DNA of 64,000 bases from Eledone cirrhosa. Lineage: Eukaryota. Below the pieces are notes generated by a model. The model was given only the letters and a program-made list of their open reading frames with translations. It was not told where the DNA came from and searched no databases. The first letter of the stretch is position 1. Every line of letters begins with the position of its first letter. Positions 53,853-64,000 of the stretch are shown piece after piece. The translations under genes were made by a program, and so were the position numbers. Location: assembly GCA_964016885.1 (NCBI GenBank), contig OZ024745.1, positions 50,654,001 to 50,718,000 of the forward strand. The letters run 5' to 3'.

Positions 53853-53917
53853 TATTTTGTCTGATGAAGGCATACCATAATTTAATGTGGTATCCCTGAA
53901 ATATGTATAATGAAATA
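53853..53917 (+). ncRNA. Type I hammerhead ribozyme followed by AATAAA
   Basis: UAUUUUGU CUGAUGA AGGCAUACCA UAAUUUAAUG UGGUAUCCCU GAAAU AUGU AUA AUGAAAUA. Predicted cleavage after A53909. Confidence 0.82.
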
Positions 53918-53956
53918 AATATGGTTTTATAAATATAGTTTCCATTTATTAATATC

Positions 53957-54030
<74 letters not shown>

Positions 54031-54739
54031 TATATATATAAATGAAAGGTATAATATCATGTGTATATATATATACACACACATGTATGCATGCATCTAT
54101 ATATGTATATGTGTGTGTATGTATGAATGTATGTGTGTATGAATGTATGTGTGGTGTGTATGTATGTATGTGTTGATGGCCTGGTTTGCTTATTTTCTTT
54201 CTTTTATTTCCTTTTCTTGTTATTGTTGTGATTGTAGTTGTTGTGATTGTGGTTGTTGTTACTTATGTATTTATTGATGTAGTTGTTGTTGTTGTTGTTG
54301 TTACTTATGTATTTATTGATGTAGTTGTTGTTGTTACTGTTGTTCATCTTCCATCGACAGCTTTTTTCCCACGCTTGCTGCTGCTGAATTAAAGCTAGCT
54401 ATTATTCTATTGGACAATGCTATTTATACCAACGAGCGGCGACCTGCATGTTTGTAAGGTGTTGGTGCTGATGGAGCTATTTAGTAGTGGTGGTGGTGGT
54501 GTTGTTGTTGTTGTTGGTGGTGGTGGTGGGTGTGGTGTTGAGTGGCGTTTAGTGGCGACTGTGAGTTAGTGGTAGTGGAAGTGGTGGCGGTGGTGATATT
54601 TAGTGGTGGTTCTGTATAGAGCTCGTAGTTGGCGGTGGTGATGGTAACTGATGTTTTGAGGCGGTATTGTTGGTGTTTTGCAATGGCGGGGTTGTGGGCT
54701 TTTGTTTGTTGTGATGGTTGTTGTTGTTGTTGTTTAGTC

Positions 54740-55620
54740 TCAGGACAGCTTTGCTTCAGAAGACCCAGGATGAAAGCGCATTTTTTCAGCACAATGTAAC
54801 TAACTAGGACAACATTATTTAAAATGTCCTTCCTAATCTTAAGGTGGTAGATTATAATTTCAGAGAACTTCGTTATTATTTCTGGTCGTTATCTAATGCG
54901 ACCACACATTCTTTTAAAGACGGTAGAAAGTGATTCAAGGGAGATTTAACTGCATTTTCTATGAGGTCAAGTGATCACATAGATCTTTTGAGTAGTTATA
55001 GCAGTGGTGATGTTGATGGGGTTGGGATAATTGATGGTGGCTGTTTTGATAGTTGTTGTTGCTATTGTTACTGTTGTTTTTGTTGTTTGTTGTTTAATCT
55101 CTGTTCAAGTTGAAAGGAACTCCACCTGTAACGATTCTGTTTATAATCAGTGTGCAGGAATGCATTATCTAATGTATACTTTCCTTATTTCACGTGATAA
55201 GGTGTAATTTGTGGAAGCTTTGGTTATTATTTCGAGTAACTCAGTTTAGCCTTAATTTAGCAAATCTCTGATCAGAGACATTCTGTACATGACCATCCCG
55301 TATTTTAAGGGCATCCAGGACTACATCAAACAAATGTACCTGTTTAAAAAAGATATGTTGTGAAACGCGGTCAATTTAATTGCTATTTCTAGTAGCCCGA
55401 GCGAGCTCATACAGGCCCCCTGTTTGTTGTTTAGTTTAAGGTCAGCTACGATCGAATAGACATTCCAATTGCACATGTGATCATATCGGCTCACCTTTTC
55501 CCTATGTGCAGGGAACTCAGAAACTTATTACTCGGCGTGTCTTTTAGCACTGTGGCATGTAACTTGGAGAGAATTTGGTTGCCTTTTCTAGCATGCCGAA
55601 CGAACACCTCGAGGCTACTT
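54740..55620 (+). mobile_element. Cluster of old, diverged copies of a second SINE-like family
   Basis: Recurrent ATTT..CTGCTATTTCTAGCA.G.CGA.CGA motif about every 150-300 bp. Also seen at about 11055. Confidence 0.45.
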
Positions 55621-56009
55621 AGGAGATGGCATCGGTGGTAATAACGATGGTGTTATTAGAAATGATGGGGGTAGAATGATGGCAGAGTACATGATGGTGC
55701 CGGTAGTAATGATGAGGATGATGGTAATGGTGATTTTGTTAATAGTAGGGGAGGGAATGTCACTAAGTTTCTAGACCCTTATAAATAAACCTTATGCCAG
55801 TACAATATCTGTATACACTCACAAACACTGACATCCGCACACGCACGTACATACATACATATATACATAAATGCATGTGTAAACATCAATTTAATTCATA
55901 TATGCATTCGCTTATACAAATGATCTTAATGCAGAGAATTCTACTCTATTAATCTATCTCCTGGAGTTGAGGGTTGTTCTATCTACGGGGTATTAAACAA
56001 CCCATTTGT

Positions 56010-56152
56010 AACGCCCCCCCCCCCTATTGGGGATTTCGATTGTTGAATTTGTTTGTTTAAAATTTTTTTTTACACGATTGTATGTAAAATCCCCGACATA
56101 TGTCCTTGTATTGTACCCTTTCTTGTGCGCCCTTGTGGCAAATAAAGAAATC
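56010..56152 (+). mobile_element. Solo 3' UTR fragment of a Tx1 LINE related to the element at 571-4626, followed by (CTAT)n
   Basis: AACGCCCC..CCCTATTG.GGA..TCGATTGTT...TGTATGTAAA...GCCCT.GTGGCAAATAAA is shared with 4488-4620. Confidence 0.78.
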
Positions 56153-56154
56153 TG

Positions 56155-56196
<42 letters not shown>

Positions 56197-56703
56197 CATC
56201 TATCCATCTCTCTCTATCCCCCTCTCTCTATATATATGTGTGTGTGTCTGTGTGTGTGTGTGTGTGCGGGCGTATACAAATACACACGCAGACACACACA
56301 CACACACACACACGTGTATTTGTTCGTACTGCCTCTCTGTTTTGTTCCCGTTCAATTTTTTACTATATATATATATATATATATATATACATTATATGCT
56401 CAGGTGTCATTGTATGGTTAAGGAGTTCGCTTCGCAACCACGTGGTTTTGGGTTCAGTCTCACTGCGTAGTATCGCGAACAAGTGTATTCTACTATAGCC
56501 TCAGCATGACCGCAGTCTAATTGAAACTATTAAAGAATATATATAATTTTAAAAGTACCAGTCGATTCTTCCTCTATAGAAAAAATCGGCTGTGTTCAGA
56601 CCTGGAGAGGGTTGGGCTCCACCATGTTTAAATGACCACGACACGCCGTATGATGGTGCCTCTACGTCTCCACAAGGGTTTATCCTTATATATATATATA
56701 TAT

Positions 56704-56797
56704 ACACGTCTAATGATTTTGGAGCATATTCTCTCAGAGTGAGAAAATATGCTCCGAAAATATGCTCCGAGAATATGCTCCAAAATCATTAGACGTG
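56704..56797. repeat. Fold-back hairpin with internal triplication of AATATGCTCC
   Basis: ACACGTCTAATGATTTTGGAGCATATTCTC...GAGAATATGCTCCAAAATCATTAGACGTGT. Confidence 0.85.
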
Positions 56798-56844
56798 TCC
56801 GTCGAACCTGCGGGTCCAGAATCAGACAGATCCACACAATGATC

Positions 56845-56882
56845 GTGTCTCGAGCTGTCCGCCGGCGAAACAATTGTAACAC
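56845..56882 (+). ncRNA. Degenerate hammerhead (2-nt deletion in the CUGANGA box), followed by AATAAA
   Basis: GUGU CU--CGA GCUG UCCGC CGGC GAAAC AAUU GUA ACAC. Confidence 0.55.
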
Positions 56883-57198
56883 ACAATAAATTGAGTTCAG
56901 ATGCATCACTGATTTTTCGTTTTATATTATATATACTCTGCTCTGTAAGAGCATAGAGTGCTCAACCGGCATACCGTCTATGGAAGCATCTTAGCTACCA
57001 CCCGACACACACACACACACACACCACACACATATATATATATATATACACAGAGAGTGTAACGTGAAGTTACTGTAGGTTCACCCAGGTGACCACTCGA
57101 TGTTTAGGTCCACGTCTATAGCGAAGTGTAGAGCTAAACAGTGTGTAAATATAATAGTACAAGGACGATTTGTTATGCCTTCATTACGTTTATTGATT

Positions 57199-57262
57199 GG
57201 TGACACGCGTTTCACTATTGATCAGCTCAAGGTTCGATCTGGAATAAAAAGCTCGTCGGACC
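57199..57262 (-). ncRNA. Type I hammerhead ribozyme (U4C variant), followed by AATAAA
   Basis: Reverse complement reads GGU CCGACGA GCU...AGU GAAAC GCGU GUC ACC AAUCAAUAAA. Confidence 0.68.
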
Positions 57263-57672
57263 TCTATGTATATATAAGGATAAAGACCCCCATAACTGTA
57301 GCAAAAGTTTGCTAGAAATATCCAAGGGTAAGAGCACACAGTCCATAGGACGAGTTAAGTATAATTAGTTACAACAGTAACATAAACAGGTACTTAAGTT
57401 TCGTTGGGTTATGCACCCCAACTCATTCATACTTTTAAAAGTATATCACTATATATATACACAAACACATATACAATACGAACGTGATTGTATAAATAGC
57501 GGGAGAGGGGTAGAGAAGAATGAAAGAAAGAGAGGTGTATAAATGTATGTATTTTATTTTATATTATATATTGTATTACAGAAATAAGCATTCATAACTT
57601 TTAGATTTAGTCGGTCAGTGAGAAGTGCCGGTCGATCTTGGTCGAAATCCAACCGGCTGTGGAGGCAACAAG

Positions 57673-57714
57673 TTACTACTACTACTGCTGCTGCTACTAC
57701 TACTACTACTGCTG

Positions 57715-57761
<47 letters not shown>

Positions 57762-57789
57762 ACTGCTGCTACTGCTGCTACTGCTGCTG
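57673..57789. repeat. (CTA)n/(CTG)n compound trinucleotide repeat upstream of NRARP
   Basis: Directly visible. Confidence 0.92.
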
Positions 57790-58698
57790 ACGTAGTAACT
57801 CCAAGCAGCCGAAATAGTCCCCCCTAGTTGTCACTACTATTAGCGTGATACGCTAGTAGTTGCGGCTATCACAACTGCTGCAGTCGTCCTCCATAGAATT
57901 CTTTTCCTCTTTCTGTTTTTTTCTTTCTTTCCCTTCTCTCTCTACACACATCTCTCTCTCCTCTCTCTCTCTCTCTTTGCCTGTTTGCCTTTCTTTATCT
58001 GCCTATCTCTTTCTTTCATAGCACAATATCTGAAATGAAATGAAATGTTTTCCATGGACGTCAGTTTTGATTGAAAGCGATGATTCCAACGAAAACAGAC
58101 AGAGACGGAATACTAAAAAAAAGGACAACAATAACATATAAAAAACAAACAAACAAACAAACAAAACGTCTGTCATTTCTCTCCACTTTAATTTTGTTCC
58201 TGTTGTTGGATGGCTATAAGTTTGATCTGTGGTAGGATCAACCAACACCGCTGCCGCTATCATCACCATCACCATTCACGACCACCACAAATACTATGAT
58301 AATTTTATTATGATTATGACGATGAAAATAAAGGTGATGAGGATTCTAATCATCATAACATGACAACGACAACTATGGTGTTGATGATAAATGTAAACAG
58401 TGAAAAGCTTTAAACTCCCACCATATACATCCTACGAGATACAAGTGAAGTGTCAACCAATATTGAAACGTAGGAAAACACTAATGAGAAGATAAAATAA
58501 TTTAAAAAAAATAATAAAAAAAAAATAAACGAACAAAAAAAGAAACAAAATAAAATAAACAATAAGTCAAGGAAAAGGAATAATCTTTATAGTAAAAAGT
58601 TTTGAAAAACAATTTTTTTTATTCCTGAAATACTCTTTCGTGAAAACTCTTCGATTATATATACATATACACACATACGCACAAATACATACACACAC

Positions 58699-58739
<41 letters not shown>

Positions 58740-59668
58740 TATACATATGTACGTATGTATAATCTATCAGTATTATATGTATAGAGAATATTCTATGTCA
58801 TTGCTACGAGCAGTGACAGACAAGTAGTTGAAGGTGGATGATAAATTCTCATATTTTATATATTTCAAATATCTATTTAAAACAAAAATGTGCACTTGAG
58901 ACGGGGAAAAGCTTGGTGAAACGATCAAAAGAAAAACGAAGAAGAGAAGTAAGGAAATTTTATATTATGTTGTTCCAAATCATCGAATATATTATTTAAT
59001 ATAAAGAAATTCTTGCTTGTCAATCAATGTAAGGAGTTATTAACTTGGCTGTGTTTCTTTACGTATATGATGATTTTATGAGAGTTATTTCATTTTCATA
59101 TAATAAAGGTAACTAAAGTAGATTTTATGGAGCTTGCCTGGAAGTTCACAACTTAAGAATTTTCGATTTGTCATGCTGATTATGTGAAAAAGGAATAAAC
59201 TTTTTATGTCCACGAAAATAATGGATTTAAATACTTTTTGTCGGATATTAATCGAAACCTACACGAAACTACTGTAATGAATGATTTATAAGCAACCAAT
59301 AGACAGGCGAAAGGAGGGAAATACCGTTCTGAAGAAAGGAAGACTACAAGAGCGATTTTACCTTTGGAAGTTAACATTCTGATTTTACCCCTTGGAAAAT
59401 AACACATGCAACGGAGTTGACAAACAACCTGGTGAATTTTCTTTTACCATTTTGTTAAATCGAGAAAAAGAGTTATTGTTATAACAATTTGTCATTATAT
59501 ATATATTTAGATATACTTATATATCTATCAATTAACTATGTATACATAGACACATTAACAAATATAAATACATGAAATTATTTATTTATTTATAATTAAT
59601 ATAATTTATTTACAATACAAACGCCCTAAGATCTTATATAGAAATATATCTAGATTAAATAATTAGCC

Positions 59669-60007
59669 ATGAATGCTATAAGTCGTGCCGAGATGCAGGG
59701 AACGCCGCAATACCCTTACCAGAGAGACTTCCAAGAAGCCGTAAAAAATGGAGACACTAATGTCTTGCAACAGATACTGGAAAAACGTGAGGGCAAGGTG
59801 AACATTAATCTGTATGATACAGAAGGTCAGACAGCATTACATCAGAGCTGCTTAAATGGTAATCTTGAACTTGTGAAACTGTTAGTTAAATTTGGGGCTG
59901 ATGTACGCCTTGCAAACCGAGATGGATGGAGTGCATTGCATATAGCCGCTTATGGGGGTCACCAAGAGATAGAGAGTTATCTTATTAATGTCAACAACAG
60001 GGACTAG
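59669..60007 (+). CDS. NRARP: Notch-regulated ankyrin repeat protein (112 aa, single coding exon)
   Basis: QRDFQEAVKNG...EGQTALHQSCLNGNLELVKLLVKFGADVRLANRDGWSALHIAAYGGHQEI closely matches vertebrate NRARP as I recall it. GCCATG start context and matching length. Confidence 0.95.
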   Translation: MNAISRAEMQGTPQYPYQRDFQEAVKNGDTNVLQQILEKREGKVNINLYDTEGQTALHQSCLNGNLELVKLLVKFGADVRLANRDGWSALHIAAYGGHQEIESYLINVNNRD

Positions 60008-60711
60008 TTAGGCATGAACTTAACATGGACGAGTAAACTTTTTTCCCACCAAAGTAAAAAAAAAAAAAAAAAAAAAAAAGAACAGGGGAGGGAAAGCCGC
60101 GTGGGTATTCGAAAGAATTGAAAGTTTAAAAGAAACATACACACATACAGAGGAAAAAAAAGTAATAGAGAATGAGTGATAGTGGGGGATTGAAACGGGC
60201 AAATAGAGCTGGTAGGTAAATTAAGCAAATTTTAATTGAATTGGTAGCAATGAAGAGAAAGAGAATCAGAGACGAGAGAGAGGGTGGTACGGCTGAAACG
60301 ATGAATGATTGTCGTCAATTGCTATCATATCTACTATTGCTGTTGTTATTTCTAATATATTGTAGCTTTACTGAGTTGTCGTCTGTTAAAGATATATTTT
60401 TTATAGTACGAATTAAAGCAGACGACAATCTTATTCCATCAACAGAAAGTTTGTTTCATGTTTTCTTTTGTTGTTGTTTTTTTTCACCCCTACGTTGTCA
60501 ATCTAATCCAAGTCTGTTCATTAACACCAAAAATAATATTATACGGTAATATCATTTATACCCAACTTTCATTTAATTCTAGTTTGGGATGATAGAATTC
60601 AGATATCCCAGTATTATTATTCTTTATTTTTATATATATGAAGTTAGTGTTTTCATTGCTTAATTTTAGAAATACTTCTAACACCGATAAAGGCAAAACG
60701 TTTTTCGATAA

Positions 60712-60717
60712 AATAAA
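60712..60717 (+). promoter_or_regulatory. Candidate NRARP polyadenylation signal
   Basis: AATAAA about 700 nt after the stop, just before repeat DNA resumes. Confidence 0.35.
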
Positions 60718-60833
60718 CCAAACTGAAATATAATTTTAGCAGGAATTATGTATATTTATGTATATTTATTTATAATATAAGATAAATAACCACACACACA
60801 TGTATACATTCATACACACTCACGCACACACAC

Positions 60834-60865
<32 letters not shown>

Positions 60866-61237
60866 GACTCCTACGCGACTAGAACTATTTCTAGAACAGC
60901 AGAAGTAGTCATTTCTGTAAGACAAATTTGTACCTTATCTTCTAATGCATTGAGTACTCTCGGGTCCCAAATAATAAGGGGTGAGGTGGGGTGAAATGAG
61001 CGGGGGAATCGGTAATTTTTCTAGGTTGTCTCCGTTGATTCTTAAAAAAAACAAAAACAGAATTAGTCGTTTAGTTTACATATTGAGACCCCCAAACCAT
61101 CCTATTTATTTTATAACATGGGATTTCTAGTAATGTACTTATTTTTTGTCATGTATATTGTTTTTTTTATCATGTATAAAGAAAATTAATTGTCGTAGGA
61201 ATGCTACCACTTAAAATAAAATTTCGCCGGAGATAGA

Positions 61238-61456
61238 TTAGCAAAATTTAATTATTTCTACTTTTGGCACAAGGCCAGCAATTACCCAGTGCATTACTGA
61301 TGCTTTATTTTATCGACCCCGTAAGGATGAAAGGCAAAGTTAACCTCGGAGGGATTTGAACTCAGATCATAAAGGGGAGTAACTCTATGCTGCAAAGCAT
61401 GGCGACCAACCCTCTACCGATACTGCCAATCCACCACCCTTTAGCAAAATTTAATA
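61238..61456 (-). mobile_element. Full-length MetaSINE with 15-bp TSD
   Basis: TTAGCAAAATTTAAT at 61238 and 61442. Confidence 0.88.
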
Positions 61457-61583
61457 AGTGGTGGGTGGGGTCTGAAAAATTAATAAGCGGTCGGACGGGG
61501 GGGGGGGTCGATTATTCGGGACCCGAGGGTATATTATTTAACTACGATTTTCCCCCCTTCCTCTTCGGAAAAGCAGTCTTAAT

Positions 61584-61621
<38 letters not shown>

Positions 61622-61766
61622 GTGCCGGTATGAACCTGTGGCTTAAAATTTAGTCCCACTATGCAGAATCTCGTCATATATATATATATACCTATAGATG
61701 TGCCTTTGTGTGCCCGTATATTTATTTACGTTAGCTCTGCTTAACAGGTGTTATTATCGGCTAAAA

Positions 61767-62005
61767 CAGGTGCGGTGGAACAGGGTGGGCGCGGGGGACC
61801 CCGATAATTATATTTTTCTCCCCAAACTACCAAAGCACACGTCTATTTGCATATGCGCTACAATTTATATACATGTTATGTTTATTGCATATCGAAGTTT
61901 TTTTTATACCTTTGTTGATATTTGATAGTAACAGTTAAACTAATCACTACAACTAAATTGATCAAATTTGCCCTTCCCGCTTCAGAAATGCTTCCATCGC
62001 CCCTG
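61767..62005 (+). mobile_element. hAT-like MITE
   Basis: CAGGTGCGGTGGAAC / GCTTCCATCGCCCCTG imperfect TIRs. Three family members occur in the window. No clean 8-bp TSD seen. Confidence 0.7.
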
Positions 62006-62367
62006 TAAAACATGCCCCCATTAGGGTTTCAGTCTCATGACTGAAATTAAAGAAGAAATGAGAGTAAAAGAATATATGTATACTGTGCATATCAAATGCT
62101 TACATCGTTCTATATATATATATGAAAAATATGGGGAGAAGAATACTGCATGGTTGCACATGGATTACATGTTATAAAATGAGTCCCTCATCAGTGATTT
62201 GCCAACGATCATTGGTACACACACAGATATATATATATAATGTGATATGTGTATATATAATATATATAAATATAATATATATAGATATAATATGTATATA
62301 TATATATGATACATATATATTATATGTATATATATAAATACATATTATATATATATACACGCGCACG

Positions 62368-62410
<43 letters not shown>

Positions 62411-63199
62411 ACGCACACGCACACGCACCATATAAACATCTGTTAACTATACACCTGGAATATGCACATTAGTATATGAGATGTTTCTTTGTGATGTATT
62501 TAATACCATCTTCCCAGAAATCAAGCCGGTCTGTAATTAATAAATTTTTTTTCTTCAAGTCAAGGCGCTTCCAGATATTTGTGAATATATTAGTGAGTTA
62601 ATGTATGTATACATGTTACGTAAATATTTGCACACCTGTTAATGTGTGTACAGCTCTGTTTGGTGCAGGACTGTATTTGTGTGTGTTTGAATGCTCTTTA
62701 TGTATGTGTGTGCATATAGCAGGAAAACGAAATGGATGATTCTTTAAAATGTTTTATAAATCTTCACTGTACATGAATCGATTGCATTTGGCGGATGCGA
62801 ATCAGTTTACTTTGTTTTTAATTGACGAACCCCAGCATTTAGTAACGTTTGTACAAATCTGTTATTATATAGACCAGTGCATCTATGATAAGTACAAACG
62901 ACAATCTATGACCTGAATACAAGAGTTGTAATCTTCGCATTAGTTCACCATAAATATCCTTTTTTTGGCACTATTTCAACTTTTGAGATGCAGTGTTTGA
63001 GTAGGTGTATTCACCACGAGAGTTCCTCAGATTTCGAGGTATCTGGGTTTTATGTGAATAACACTTGTGTGTGTGAGTTTAGAAAAGAATATAAAGGTGG
63101 TATCATCTGCGTTGGAGTGATGTTGTTGGAGTTGACGGAAAATAGCTCGTTGATATACAAGAGGAAAAGTGTGGGAGACAATTGTGAATCAAAACTGAA

Positions 63200-64000
63200 C
63201 CAGTAATAGTATTATCTGAAATGACATGTAGACACCGGCCTAAGAGGTGCAAGATGAATGTGGATCCCATAGCTGTGCAAGTTTGAGAGAAGAGTGTTAT
63301 TAATGACTGTCTCCATCTTCGAGATATTGAAAATGAGTGCGATTGAACGTTAGTTGGTAGGATCAAAGTGTTAGTCTTCTTGTGGATTCGGCGCATTATA
63401 ACATGTTTAAGATATTTTAAGCATATCATTGTGGAGAGAGAGAGAAGGAGATTGAAGAATTTAGTAAGTATAGAAGACAGTACAGGGATGCATTGCTCGA
63501 AGCTAATAGAAGAGATATTGTTAAAGTTGGTGACTCTTTTGGTCTGAAGCATCCTGAAGTAATTTCCCGCATGATGTATTTGTGTGCCATGGGGTGGGGC
63601 TGGGGTCAGTAGATTGGAAAGAGATAGATTTTGAAGAGAGTCATCTTATGTGTGTGCAGTGTAGAGTTAGATGCAAAGCGGATAATGAACAGAGAGGCTT
63701 CTATGTGAGAGTATTGTTCATAGAAGCATTATGAGTGAGAAGTGGAGTAAAGGAGGATTCCACAGAGTAGAGATCCTTTTGGCAAGGAAACAGAATGATT
63801 GACTTCAGTTTAGGAGACAAGAGAGCATGAAGGCTTTGCAGGTGTTTAAATGGTTGTGGCCTCGGGTAACATCTAGCTAATTTGTCGGACTTGATTATTG
63901 TCTACCCGTGTTTTAAGCTGTGTTCTGTGCCTGAATTTCTGCGATGCAGTTAAGAGGGAACTACTTGGGGGAATTGTAGTTTTTGTGTCGGGTGTAGAGG
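63200..64000 (-). mobile_element. Degraded CR1/Jockey-like LINE RT fragment
   Basis: NISSISFEQCIPVLSSILTKFFNLLLS...RIHKK...KMETVINN resembles RT domains 0-2. Confidence 0.65.

Noticed and set aside
62150-62210. Minus-strand CTGATGA...ATAACATGTAATC
   Set aside because: GAAA box and stems are decayed; not callable.

Overview
Repeat-dense, AT-rich eukaryotic DNA. The SINE, LINE and microsatellite content suggests a cephalopod, probably Octopus (inference, not proven). One clear host gene is present: single-exon NRARP (59669-60007, +). The rest is mobile-element debris: a near full-length but disabled Tx1/L1 LINE (571-4626), R4/Dong-, CRE-, RTE- and CR1-type LINE fragments, roughly 25 tRNA-derived MetaSINE copies (many in tandem with repeated TSDs), two non-autonomous Helitrons, a fold-back mariner, hAT-like MITEs, a 22 x 37 bp minisatellite and many microsatellites. 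The main unexplained signal is at least 8 sequence-divergent minimal type I hammerhead ribozymes (CUGANGA...GAAA-palindromic loop-NUH), plus several degenerate or half copies. They lie in short non-coding islands embedded in (TA)n/(CA)n tracts, and many of these islands are long fold-back inverted repeats (arms up to about 700 bp). This points to microsatellite-associated, ribozyme-bearing Penelope-like pLTR or retrozyme-like elements. A candidate 39-nt intron would fuse ORF1 and ORF2 of the Tx1 LINE in frame. Most ORFs in the supplied track are microsatellite artefacts. All alignments and folds were done by eye.
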